Of a stretch of DNA of 64,000 nt, positions 1 through 13,173 are shown piece by piece (positions within the stretch are counted from its first letter, which is position 1; the number at the start of each line of letters is the position of its first letter). The position numbers and the translations under genes were made by a program. The notes beneath the pieces are model-generated. The model was not told the DNA's origin and did not search any database. It saw nothing but the letters and a program-made list of their open reading frames with translations. Origin of the DNA: Isurus oxyrinchus (Eukaryota); NCBI GenBank assembly GCA_026770705.1, contig JANJGN010000017.1:86552001-86616000 (forward strand). Reading direction: 5' to 3'.

Positions 1-833
1 ACCTCCAACAAACACAACTCCCTTACTTTTTGCTCACTCTGACTCCAACCAGCGGAGAGTTACCCCCGAATCCTATTGGCTACCGTTTTGTTCGGGCGCC
101 TTCGTGTCACATACGCTGGCAAGGAATTACTTTATTGCCCTTTTACATAAAATGTCACTTGCCATGTTGGAAACTAATGTTAACAGATTTTAGCCAATAT
201 TCTCGTTCAAAGCGCTCGGCGAAACAGCGAAATGTGACACTTAAATGGCTGACCACCTTCGCAGTCCTAATTGATCCACTGCTACTGCAGCTCAAGGTGA
301 ATCTAATTGTTGTAGCCATAGATCAGAAGGTTATTTGAAGCATTTTAGACTTAGTGCCCGTCATTATCTATCCGGCAATCGATCTCTATCTAATCAGTGT
401 CCGTCCACTCCTTCTGTTTCCGTGCCCGGGTGCCCAATCACGAGCTCCCTAGACAGAATCGATCCACAATTTTGCGACGTGAGACTTGATGTGATTCTGG
501 GCACCCATTTATGGTTATTGTGTACCCAGAGATAACTAACAACTTCGATCTGAACAACTATCACACCCCTGCTCGATGCGCACAGCAAATTAACTTTAAC
601 GGTGATGTAATACATAAAAGAAACGTGAGCTCCTCACTCGGCTTTCCAACCCGACGCTGTCAGCAGAATTCAGTCATTTTTTTCCATCTTCTCTTCAGAT
701 GAAATCCCCGTGTGCCTTACAACCAAGTGATCAGCTGGAATGTATTCCTCCCGAAAACGCCTCGTTTCGTCTTTTCCAACTTTAATTAAATTGGGCCATA
801 GTCTGGTGGAGTTGAACACGTGTCCATGCAGTT

Positions 834-930
834 ACGCACACACGCACACGCACATACAGACACAGTCTCTCACACATACCGTCTCTCTCTCTCTGCCTCT
901 CACTCTCTCTCTCTCTCTCACGCACACACA
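834..930. repeat. Compound (CA)n/(CT)n microsatellite
   Basis: Directly visible. Similar tracts lie at 11828-11853, 20385-20425, 21731-21785, 30533-30588 and 63393-63430. Confidence 0.9.
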
Positions 931-1119
931 TATGGATACGCACTCTCTCGTAAAATTACCGACATTTAACGAAAAATTCTTCACAGCCAGCTCACTGACT
1001 TTCTGCATTCACTTTCACCATCTTCTTTGTACTTTTATTTGCAAACATTTTATTATTAAACAAGGGTAAAACGCAACAAAATGATAATCCCTCCGCCATT
1101 CCTCCAAGAGGTTCTGTCG

Positions 1120-1290
1120 CTAGCGAATTGGCTAAGCAGAATGATTTTTAATAATCAATTTATCAAGAAATTGAAGATATTCCGCCTGTCAAGGATTCCG
1201 CTCCGACCCGTGACTCAGGTTTGTAACTTCCATTGCAAAGCCAATCCGCACTAGGGAGTTCCATTTCCGTTTACCCTCTTTATAAGTCAG
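1120..1290 (+). promoter_or_regulatory. Candidate Pol II promoter (CCAAT boxes, AP-1 site, TATA)
   Basis: attgg 1127-1131, tgactca 1211-1217, ccaat 1241-1245, tataa 1281-1285, in a locally CpG-retaining non-repeat region. Confidence 0.35.
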
Positions 1291-1499
1291 TGCAATGAAT
1301 GGGCGCGACTGGCATTCCGCCATTTTCCCTCATGTGAAAATGCCCTGTCTCCGTCTGAGTCTGCTATGTGAGAAGTGTAATGAACTTCACAAAATTCCCA
1401 AAGTTCGGTGTTACTCAGAGGGTGTATTGTTGAAAATAGCGAGCACATCACTGTTTCCAAATAGACAAGTGACTGCTCACTGCCTCTATAATATATCTG

Positions 1500-3700
1500 A
1501 ATGACTAAATTATACATAGGGAGGATTATTGATAAGCCAATTCAATCCACTCACACCAACTATTATAGCCTAAAGGTCCCCTGATCTCAGGGGCAGAGAA
1601 TGACATTTGGGATTAATTTATCCAAAATGATGTACATCTATAATGAAAAAAAAACACATCCAAACTATTTTCACCCGAACCCAAGGGAATATATTTCAAT
1701 TACTAACAAGAATATGTTAAACACTGGGGAAAACCATTTGTAACAAGAGCACATGGAACAAAATAAATAATGATAACATAGGGAAGAAACGCAATGGTGG
1801 GAAGCGACGGGATGGCAAAGCAGAACAAGGGAGAATACGAACAAAGACAACAGATGTAATTACGATGATAATAACGAGTAATAACTGAAATGATCATGGA
1901 TCATAACTAAGTTAATGCAATATTAATTGCCACAAAGGAAGGGCATTTCAGAATGTCATGACCGTATTTCAAAAAGGAACTGAAAGATTAAGACCCAGCA
2001 TTCATGAAATATAAGAAATATTAATCAATAACGATGTTTTAGCACTTGCCAGGGGTAAACCGTAAGGGGACATGATGTTGGAAAAATAGGTTAGGAATGA
2101 CAAAATTTCATTGAAAATAATTTAAAAAGAATGCTAAAAAAACCTCACCAACTAAAGCACCGGTCGAAACAGCTTGCATTTATTAATTATAGAATAATAT
2201 TATAAGATTGGAGAGGCAGAAATACAGTGATTAAACAATTTATTTCAAGCGGTGGTAATGCCACAATCCTGGTGGATAACTAACATTAAATCTACAGTTA
2301 AATAGGGAAATAAAATGATCCGTTGTCTGAACGTTGGTGGGATAATAGTTAATTAAATTCATACTCAGGAGGAGAAAAGAACAAATACATATCAAACAAC
2401 TTAAAGCACAGTTAGGAAATAATTCATAACGGCACCTCTCACATTATGAACCTCACCAAAATCTTCAAAAAGGTAACAGAAAAGATAAAATTAGAAGCGA
2501 GGACATAAATTCTGTGGATATCCTGAATACTTTTTGGGAAATGTCCACTTAATATAACGATCGATAAGACAAGTGAGTACCTCTCCGCTATTGCCCAGTG
2601 GGTATCAATCTTGCTTCGGAGTCAATATCTTCCAGGATCCAATTCCACTCCAGTACTTGTACAGAAATATCAAGGCTGACACTCCAGTGCAGAAATGAGC
2701 TGGTGATGCCCTTTTGGCAGTGTTCTCTTTCAGAGTAGTTGTTTAAGTGGTGACCAAAATTTCTTCTCCTGGAGACTTGAGTGTTGCCCTTGGTACACTG
2801 ACAAGCATTTATCACTTGAGCAAAATCACAAAGTCAAATTATTTGCTAATTAGCACATCGCTGTGATTGCTGGTGGAAGACTGCTGTGTACAAATTGTCT
2901 GCCGCGTTTCCCATATTTCATTAGTGAAGATATATCACAAGTATCCATTAGCTGCAAACAACTTTGGACATCAGGTGATCTTGAAAAGCACTGTTTGCTC
3001 TTATCCATTGCATTTACGTGGAGTCAGGTGACACCTATGAGAATGAGTAGCCTGCTGCGTACAAGACAGAAAACATGGTGTGCGATTCAGGGTAGTTATG
3101 TAGAGGGAAGAAGGTGGCAATTAAATTTCAACACGCATCCCTGCTGGGATCACTGTTGTACACAATTTATCTAAACGATTTAGACTTTGGATAAAAACAG
3201 TATTTTTTTTCTAAATTTAACGATTGACGAAATTCTGGTGGGCTGGGGGGCAGTGAAAGCATTTTAAAAACAGCCATTAATAAATTTGCAGCCAATGGAC
3301 ATACGATTGGAAAATGAATCTACACATAAGTAATTATGAGGAACGACAATCTGGTATATAAACTAAGAATAACTTTTCCATCTGTAAGAATGAATCGGAT
3401 TTAAATGTTAAAGTCAGAGAAACAAATAAAAAAAGAAAACGGATGCAGAATGACCAGTCTGTCAAAAACTAAACCACGTACAAGACGTTAGTTCTTGATA
3501 GATGGTCTGAAATAACAAAATTATTCTGGTGAGCCTCGAACGAACATTATTAAGAGGGAATCTGAAGTGTAATGTACAGTCATGGTCAGAATATTTGTAC
3601 AAGATTTATAGGAGTAGTTGACGAGGCTCAAAGCATTTTACACGGAGGGAAATCCTGTTAGCAGCTAAGATTATACAAAAATGCTGAAAAGAGGGAACAT
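1500..3700 (+). mobile_element. Decayed CR1 LINE ORF2, interrupted by a SINE
   Basis: Remnants resembling NVTPLFKKG (~1950-1980) and LTNL.EFFE.VT...DF.KAF.KVPH (~2450-2550). RT 3' part continues after ~3030. Confidence 0.6.
2580..3020 (+). mobile_element. Deu-domain SINE (SacSINE1/AmnSINE1-like)
   Basis: gctgacactccagtgcag...ctgctgtgtacaaattgtctgccgcgtttccc...ctttggacatc, as in the remembered Deu-SINE body. Confidence 0.7.
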
Positions 3701-4769
3701 AAAATGCTTTTTGGTCTCTTTTTGGGTCCATTACCTATGATTCCCTTTATCTTCCTACAAATATGACGGATGTAACGTCTCTGAAAATGACAGTGCAGAG
3801 GATTTCTGGGAAGGCGAAGGGATTGTGGATAAGGAAACTACGCCCACTGACCCCCTGTGATTTATATTGCCTTATCGAGGTCATCCAGAAAATTTACTGT
3901 CCATCTCTGGATGCCTTGATAAGCTGATAATGATCCTTCCCCTTGAAACACTCCAGTCCATTTGGCGAATATTCTGGAAAAAAATGGCGTAAGGCAACAA
4001 ACAATTGGGACATTGCTACATGGACCATTAATTACGTTGATCTCTACTCCAGTGGGCTGAATACTTCTGCACTGTGATGACTCTATAATGATATTAATTA
4101 TTGCTCCAAGAACCAGAGCTTTTTTCCCCCCCTGTCTTTAACAGCTTCTGCTTCCATTGATTCGCTCCATAACATCGAATATTAGACCAGCCACATTTTG
4201 GATGACAATGGCCCTGGATCGGAAAATCCTGACGGGAAAAGCTCCAGTATTCATGGTGGGTAAACTTTTAGTTCCGACCATCTGGTTTTAGTCCTTCCCA
4301 TTCAGTAATATCTGCAATAGAATATGAAGTATCGGGAAAAAAACGAATACAACATCAAGTTGCACGGCCAACGATCTCAGGTATTACAGAGTGAGTTTAG
4401 TTACAAGAGCTTCTTAACTACTTTCAGGCTGATACAATGTTTTTTTTTGCACTCAATAATATAAATGGGTACAATAGTTTCATTCAGAGTATCATGTTAT
4501 TAGTTTCATTACAATCCCCAATACTCTGTAAAATGTGACACGTGCATGCAAGCTAGCGAGATCATTGGGTCCATAGGACACGTGACAACAATATAAAAAA
4601 TAACAAAACTGTGACGCGAATTGTTCCAAAATTTCTCCACGCTTTAAGCTCCCTCCCCTGTAGGCACAATGGAACCACTGTCCTCCCCAATTATTTTCTG
4701 ACTAACTGATACGTCTCAATGTTATTCTAACGATTAATTCTTAGCAAGTAATGTCAATGAAATTCATTT

Positions 4770-5300
4770 GTGCCTCCCAGCTCTCTGCGATTATGACGAT
4801 GCTGAGACTGTAGGCAATGATTCTAAGGGGATCACTTGCTGCTGGAAAGTGTTCATGATGATGTCTTCACATGGGAAAATGGTGGCGGTGATCTGTGACC
4901 TCTGGGTGAGATACAGATATATTTATCTTCTCCGTCTTTCGCTCTGTATTGTTGGCGAAATTCTTTCCCTCTGCTTGTGTCAGGTCTGAAATTGCTGATA
5001 GTCCACTGGACGATATGCAGAGTCTGTCACTGACAGGACACGCGCTGCTTGAAAAGTTGGGCAGACAGGTTGTTTGAGGGGTTGTGCGACCTATCAATCA
5101 TCTCGACTTAGTTTTTGCAGGTTTGTGTTTGGTGGACTGTGGCCAGCCACGGCCTGAAATAAGTAGAGGGGTGAGCTGAGTCTCTTTAGGGATGCGTTGG
5201 AGACATCTCTGAATAATTTTTCCTTCTCCTTCTGGTAGCTTGATAAAGGATAAAAGAAGATGAGAAACAGAAGCAGGAGTTGGCCATTCCACTCCTCAAG
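4770..5300 (-). mobile_element. RTE (BovB-like) LINE 3' fragment
   Basis: Minus strand reads KLFRDVSNASLKR, resembling the RTE C-terminal KRFKDVLKASLK. Confidence 0.6.
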
Positions 5301-5464
5301 CATGCTTAAGGTCATTGCTGAACTTTTTTTTACTATTCATTCCTGGGACGTGGGCATCCTTGGCGTGGCCAGCATTTATTGTCCATCCCTAATTTCGCTT
5401 GATCAGGTGGAGTTGAGCTGCCTTCTTGAACCGCTGCAATCCATGTGGTGTTGGTAGTCTCTAG

Positions 5465-6030
5465 AAATCAGTCACAATAAGTGATGGGGAATGCAAATTG
5501 AATATTCATACGAAGGAGAATGCAATATAAAAGTAGCGAAGATTTATTCCAGCTGTGCAAGCCCTCGGTGGGAGCACGTGTGGGCTGCCGAACGTGTGTT
5601 CCCTCTCCGTGTTTGTACAAAAAAAAGTATGTAATTGCATTAGGAAGAGTTCAGAGAATGTTAACCCGATTTTATCTTGTTCAGAAATACATATTTTAGG
5701 ATGAAATGTTGATCAGATTGTTCTATACTCATTGCAGTTTTCACGATTCAGAGGTGGTCTTGTTGAACATATCAGACGCTGAGGGGTTCTGAGGTGGTTG
5801 TTACCACGCTGACCTCAACTCTTTCAGGGAGAATAGATCAAGCAGACAAGAAATTGGGCTAAGGACGAGAACATTTCATTTATCTCTCAAAGGGCCGTTA
5901 GTCTGTGGAATTCTCTTCTGTAGAATGTAGTGAAGGATGGATGATTGAATTGATTCAAGGCTTATACTGAATGGATTAACATTGATTTACAGTTGGATGT
6001 TTGGTCGTACGTAACATGAACATTGCTAGG
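5465..6030 (+). mobile_element. CR1 LINE 3' fragment
   Basis: ttaggaagagttcagagaatgttaacc and tctgtggaattctct are typical of CR1 3' ORF2. Confidence 0.65.
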
Positions 6031-6069
6031 AAAAATAGATGTCTAAGCTTTCCGTTTTGCAGTTATCAG

Positions 6070-7830
6070 GGCTCATCACAAGAACAACAATATAACGGCA
6101 AAGCAACAATTTATTCGGTAATTGAAGAGCGTGATTTTTGGTTTGCAAGAGGCATTGCTATGGAGATAGCCTCATTGATGGTGACGGACCTTTAAGTTCC
6201 ATTGTTTTAAATTTCAACCAGGCAGCTTGAACATGATTGGTCAAGGCATTGCCCTGAGGAATGAGTCAGCGAACGGTAGTCACCTATATTGTTTTTCTCA
6301 AAGAGGCGATGTGTCTGCATGTTCTCCCTGTCAGCTCAACAAAATTGGTCTCACCAATTTCTTATCCAAGTGCCCAATTTCCCTTCCATTCCATGGCATG
6401 GAATTTTTTTTCCCAAGTTTGTTGTGTGGTACTTTAAGAAATGGCTTGTGAAAATCTGTATACACCAGATCGACAATGTTGCCTTTATCAATCTTCTCTG
6501 TTACCTCCTCACAATACTCCAGCAAGTTAGCTAAACATAATTTTCCTTTATGGATCCATGCGGGCTTTCATTTGGTTTTTCCAAACCGATTCCACATCTT
6601 TCTCTTTCGAGCTAAGTTCATACTGTAATATTGATATACTTAAATAAGCATCCACGCCACATTTCTCCAACACGGCACCGCTTTCCCCTAGCTTCTGATT
6701 TTTTTTTTAGAAATGTTCACTACCTTTCAATTATCAGGCCCAAGCCTTGGCCAACTTGCAACCATCTATCTGTGATGGCTACCTGGATACTTATCTATCT
6801 CTGCACTATTAGAAATGTTCTGCGCTTGCAGATTTAGAGGCATTAGCTCTCTGCGTTCTGTGGTTTTTTTGAAGCTATGTAATCACTGGCCTTATTGGTG
6901 TAATCATTAATATTCATACTATGTCCATTCCTGCCATTTTCTGATCATCAATTCCAAAATTATTGCGTGGCTCTATTCTCCAATTGTATTATGTTGGTTT
7001 AGCAGTTATCATATGTTATTGCACTTTACCTGCCACCCCAAATTAGATGAATATACCCTCTACCATTCGGTTAGATGGCTCGAAAGATCATGGCCCCTGC
7101 ACGGTTGAGGTGAAGCTGGTCTCCATGTTACAGCACCCACTTCCCCAGTGCCCTTTGGTCAAATCCCAATTCTGTCACACCAGTCTTTGAGTCACACATT
7201 CATCTCAATAATCCTATTTGCCTTATACAAATATAGTCATGGCCCAGGTAATAAATCAGAGTTTATTAACACTGAGTTTCAATATTTTTAATAGTCCCCA
7301 GTTGCTTGTACTCCCAAAATGGAAACTTATTGCTCGTCCTATCTAAATCGTTTCTAGCCCTGTGGACCCGAAAACTGGATCAACCTCTTCCTCTCCATCG
7401 CAAAGCACATGTCACAAACTTTGGCATCGGAAGTGCAACTCGTGGCTTCTGGCCCTCTGCTGCAGAGTCTGCACTCTATCCCCCAGACAACACTGTCCCC
7501 TATGACCACTGCATTCCTATTTACTCAGCACACTTGAATGGCACCCTGTACTACTTTGCCGTGGTTATTTCCCTCATTCTCCATGCAATAACCCCTCTCG
7601 TTGTTGCATGCTACAAGAGCCGTAAATCTGTTGTAACATTGCAAGGGCTGTGCCTCTTCCACTCAGACCACCTCAGTCCTCGTATTATTTACCTAACACA
7701 CAACCTCTTCTCATATGAATGACCATGGACCATATTCAATGGACCATGGACCATATGCAAGCCCTATGTGCTTGGCTGATGTCTAGAACATTTTCCTTCC
7801 CTGATGCAATGAACTGTCATCTGCTGGGCC
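6070..7830 (-). mobile_element. CR1 LINE fragments (RT piece and ORF1 esterase piece)
   Basis: ORF 6331..6525 LEYCEEVTEKIDKGNIVDLVYTDFHKPFLKVPH (CR1 RT). RNAVVIGDSV at ~7490-7520 (SGNH esterase). Confidence 0.75.
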
Positions 7831-10800
7831 TCCAGATTTCCCCTCCCTTCGCGCTGCTTTGTGGTCTCACCGCCACTCTGAAAGGGGGCATAGAGGTGGA
7901 AAAATTAAGAGCGTAGATCATTTGCCATTTTTAAAGTCACATCCGCCTTACCATTTTGATAAGAATCGCTTTGACATCGTTATGGAGTGGAAACTTGATT
8001 GCTGGGATTCATATCTTGAGTTCCTGAAGAGTTGTGTAGTACATTGGCTGACAGCATGTTAATGGCACAGGAGCTGTCAGGGTGGCTGGAGATAGATGTA
8101 TGGTTTAAAATGATTGTGGGCTCGCATGTTGTTTTCAGGAGAGGGGTGATGAGGAGTATCTTCTCTCAGCCAGCAAGTACTGTTCTTTGTCATTCTATTC
8201 CGCTTAACCTTTGATTTGTCGGTGAATCTTTACTAAAATGAAGTAAGTAGACAATGACATCAACTAAGTGTGATTGTGATTCGAATAAGCCAAGTAATTA
8301 ATTGGCAGGAATCAGTGGTATGAATAGTTCCCCCAATACCTTGATTATCTGTTGGCCATTCACAATTCGTATTTTGCGCACACCATTTTTTATTTTTATT
8401 TAAAGTTGGATTACTAAAAAATAAAGAAAACGCCTTGTGTATCAGAAGTGTTTTTTTTTCTTTTTCATGCTGCATTGGATGTTTCATAAACTAGCAAACA
8501 GGACAATGAGTAGCCTCAACAATGGTGTAGAATCAAGAGATGGAGACTGATTGATCAACAGACAACTGGATTGATAGCAGGTGGGAGTCAAAAGCAAAAG
8601 ATGTGGAAACAGGTGGAAGATTAGAAAATCTGAAGGCATCGAAGTGCCTGTGAGAAGAATTTGACAAGGACTCAGATTCTTGTTTTGAGAAATCCTCAAA
8701 TGGCTGGAAGGAAAGCAGAAATTTACCTTAAAGTGACATTGCTTGCGTAATTTGCTGCTTTCGGAGATTGAATTGTCAACCACTGGAGATGACACATGAG
8801 GAAGAGCGGGAAAGGAGTGAGTGACATGACTGTCCACTCCGTTGAGGCTCATTTGGAGACTTGTTGGTGTGTGATCCGCGGGGAATTTTACGATCTGGGG
8901 GGAGATCCAGCGGTCTTATCAAGTTGGGCTAATTTTATCTTTTTGTGTAACTGCCTTTTAATGACAAATTTGAGTTAGCATTTATAATGTAGTGTCTATC
9001 TCTAATGTGCTATTTACAGTATATAAGTGACGTTGCTTTTTTTTCCCTTACTTTTGGAGCATGGAGTGTTTTCTCCTTTTAATAAAGGTATATTTATTTT
9101 CTAATTCGCTTTCTTATATTATCAATTATAAGCGTCATGTCACCTTACTCCTCCTCCTCCTTCTTCTTTTTTTTCTACTGTTTCCTCTGCTTCTTCTTCT
9201 GCTGCTTTTTCATTTTCTTCTTCTTATAAAATATTATTATTATTGTTGTTAATATTTTAAGTATTGTAATAAAATAACATTGTTTTAATACATTGCAAAT
9301 CATTACCACTCAACCCTGTTTTGGACGATACCAAATGTAATTGAGAATCTGCAAGGGTTTCGAATGTCACTGGAAGGCAGGCGTGATGCAGAGAGGCAAA
9401 CGCCTGCAGGGAGAGGAGCATTTAAAGAATAAACTAATATATGGACCTTCCCAGATCCGCGGCTTGTGCGCAGTGATTGTTGGTTGCAATAGGAGAGACA
9501 TTGCAGGGATTATCCGGGAAAAGAATGAGTGCCAGAAACAACAGAATGGATTGAAAAATAAAAGAAAGTGAGTAAGTTCATCATAATCAATTCACAGAGT
9601 TGAGCACAAAGAACAGTAATTCTTTTTGGCAAAGGAATTTTGAGCAGATATGCATATGTAAGAAACGCCTTTGGAACACCGCAGCTTCCTGCCCCCACCC
9701 CACCCAACTCCAACGCCACCCCCCACCACCTCACGCGCCCCCATCTTTATCTTCAAAGCTCCAATCACGATTACAAGGAACTCATCATATTTCTGCCAAG
9801 CTTGCCAAGTCAGTTCATTAAAGCCCGGGTTAAATTCAATGGACTTGATATAAAATTCAGTGGCCCCTCTCTGGGATGCTCCCAGTTGTTTTGTTTATTA
9901 ATTAGCTGCATAACTAATGCAACTGATATTTTACTACGCTGTTCAACTGCTCTCGGAAATTGGTCTGAATGACGAAATCAAGAAATGGATTCATGCATCA
10001 AGGGCACCTGCAACAATACAGATTAGTGGAAAATTGTGGAAAATTATAGTTGTTGTACATGGAAACGGCTTACGTAATGGCAACAATTAGGGATTCGTAA
10101 TTAAATGTAAGGCACAATGTATGAAACAGCTGAATATGGCGAAGGTTGAAATCATATAATCCATTTTTTTCGACCTTTCTGGGTCACTGTGTCTCCCTGA
10201 AACACTATGACATCTGGGTCACTCAGAGAATGGACTGACCACTAACATGTTCCTGGTTATCTGAAAGTTGAACACCATAATGAATTAAAAAGGGAGCAAT
10301 GTGTTGATGACGTGCTCAACCTATAACATTTCATAAACCCATGCTCATTATGATTACTCAAATCATAACAGTCAGTCGGGCAAATTGTTAATTATTATTC
10401 AATTGAAATGTACAATAGGACGTTTTATGAGCAGAATGCTGGTCATTGCTGGGTCCATCCCAGAGTTTTTTCGGTGCAATATATTGTTCTCTGTTCTTGC
10501 AACAGATGCCTACAGATCAAGCAAATGGGAAAATGACGCCGAATTAAACGTAACAAGCTGTTGCTGTGTAAATAATGATAAGTGCTACTCATGAAAAACC
10601 CAGGTGAAGATGTTAGAGGGAAAGTGGACGTAAATGGCTATTCTTTGCATCTCAGGCAAGTCCCCAACCATTGAGATCATATAGAGTTCTAATATTGTGC
10701 CTGTTGGAACACGGAAGCGCAGACTGATGTGACCAGAGATGTAAATGGGCTGCTGCTTTGGAACAACTTAGAGCTCAGAAAAAAGGAAGCCAAGCATTTT

Positions 10801-10899
10801 TGTGTTGCAGCCAGGGAAGTTTGAACAGTTGGCTGAGGATTTAGAGCCCGAACAAGGAAAAAGAATCTCTGAGTGGAGGAAATAAACGATGAAATGTTA

Positions 10900-11590
10900 T
10901 TGAGTACATACTTTCGAAAACTTCTGTATATTTAAGATCGGAAAAGGTGAGACATTTGATAAACAAATCCAAGAAGGGTAAACGCCATGGTATGAAATGA
11001 GTGAACAATACATCATGCACGAGATGAAGAATAAATAGCAGAAGCATTATTATCCGCCTATTGGAATTATCATATGATATGATAATGCACTGGACTGGCA
11101 GTCTTCAGAAACATGCGTATTTTTTTTAATGGAGTAAGGTAGGCCCAATGCCGAGAATTATAGATGCATTAGAAATGTAGAACAGCTGGAAGACATGGTA
11201 GAGTGTTGGAGGAGAGTGGTGTGATCAGCCTGGTGAAACGATGCAACCAGGTCCAAAAGTTGTGCATAAAATCTGGCCGTTGTAAAAATGAAATATGATA
11301 CAACTTTTGACCTTACAGCAGTGACTTTTGTTGGAAGGGATTAAACCTGATTGCAGGGATTCAAGCATAGAGTTCTGAGAAAGATGGGAACAGATTTTGG
11401 GGCTGCACCAAACTTGGGGCTTTTTAGGGGAAAGGGAGTTTGGAGATCGGAGAGTAATTTGAAAGGACAGGATGTAAAGTTATTTTTCGTGAGTTATCGG
11501 CTCATGCTGACAGATCGCAGGCAGGAAGACACATAAACTAAAGAGAGAGAAGCATTTTAATATCGGCAAGCGAGAAGAATAAGGAAGGAA
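10900..11590 (-). mobile_element. L2-like LINE RT remnant
   Basis: aaacctgattgcagggattcaagcatagagttctgagaaagatggg on the minus strand gives an L..LQSGF-like RT motif. Confidence 0.55.
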
Positions 11591-12271
11591 TCAGCCAAGT
11601 CCATATTAGGATCCGAGAAGCTGAGGGGCAACTTCGATGGTATCTTAAGTCAGCCCGGCCTTGCTGCCTCTATTCGCTTTCCTTCTACTTGCAGGAGCTC
11701 GAGATCTGCGGCTTTTGAAACGCCACTACCATCACCATCATCAAATACAACCCAGTCAGTCTCTCCCAGAGAGGGGGGCAGACAAAGCTTGGGTTGGTGT
11801 GAGCTGGGGATTGTGAGACGGGGTGGGAGAGAGAGAGAGAGAGAGAGAGAGAAAGAAGCGGCCATTGATGGACGGGGACTATATCGGATATCATGTGCTG
11901 CCAAGGGATTTAAAACGATTCTCATGAGGCCACTCCTGGAATAAAGAAAACGAGTGCAGTTTTGAAAGCAACATTTAATGCACTTGACGTGTTTTGATTT
12001 CCGAAGTAACTTTCTTAAGTGAGACTGCTACTGAACAGGTTGGAACTGAAAAATGGAACCGGTACACGTGGATGGGGGCCTGTGGCTGTTGTTCCATCTC
12101 TTGACTACTGGGGCCGCCCTGCCTGTCCGACAGCCCATTTTACATCCGTCCTTCAGCCTTCGCATTATTTCACAATGCTCTTCGTCGTGTGCCTATTCAG
12201 AATCTCTGCGTAAGTATTCCATTGTTAGTCTGTGAACACTCAGGCAACATCCTCAGCTGTTATCAGTTCTT

Positions 12272-13173
12272 TTATTTAAGAATTAATTCAATAATTTATG
12301 AAACAGGATATTTCACCGCCCTCCTGAGGTGACTTCTGAAATTGGACTGAGTTGCCCCATAAATAAACGTATTTGTGCAATAATTCGAATTCAGCAGCAT
12401 CGATGCGACTTCTTTGAATATATATTCTGAATCGGTATAATGATTGGGGTCATTCCCTTTAATGTTATAATATATGAGTTCCATAGCAATGAACAGCCAC
12501 AGAAGAATGAAGCTGCCGGAAACAGTGAAGAGTAAAATCATAGATTTCCTTCTGCTGTCAATCTCTGGGTCACTCTGATTCTCTGCCTTGCTCTGATCTC
12601 TCAGTCGCATACAGACTGGACTGGCGACTATAATGTGCCTGACTGGCAGAGTGTTCAACAAGTGAATTAAAGCAAATGGGAACAATGGAGTTAATAAAAG
12701 TGTCAAACAAGTCAAATCCCATTCATCCACTTTCTGTGTAAACACTTGACTTTAGGTAGCAGAATCATGGTACATTTTCAATTATCTTTCCGGTTCAAAT
12801 GCATTGTGAAAGGGGATGTTTTTTCAGGTACAGTGGTTTGCAAGATATTGACTGAAACACAACAGCCGTTTTCTCGTTGCAATATCTTGCTTTCGCGCTC
12901 TGGCAGCAAATAACCACAAATCAGTCAAAAGAGAAAGCGACAGTGGACCAGAAAGAACCATCTTTGGCTGCGCGACACAGGGTCAAGTTAAAATTACACA
13001 CAAGATGACGTTCAGGAAGGACTCTTGGAAATAATAAGTATTGATCTGATGCAGTATGACCTTAGTGATAGTGATCAGTAGAGACGCCATTTCCATGGCC
13101 ACCAGATAGCGATTGCTGCAGTTGGATAATTCACATTTTTCCAGGGATAAGATTGCAATCGCTAGAAGGTTAA
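12272..13173 (-). pseudogene. Exon 2 of a GPR139-like class A GPCR pseudogene
   Basis: Recognisable segments NLLAIAILS..KC, RYLVAM, FD*FVVICCQ, LTPLFPFALI, SDPEIDSRRKSMILLFTVSGSFILLW and CTNTFIYGATQS. Stops at 12921-12923, 12765-12767 and 12296-12298, at least two frameshifts, and no acceptor AG. Confidence 0.9.

Noticed and set aside
11716-12104. In-frame TGA codons read as selenocysteine
   Set aside because: No selenoprotein motif or SECIS element was recognised; ordinary nonsense decay or chance is simpler.
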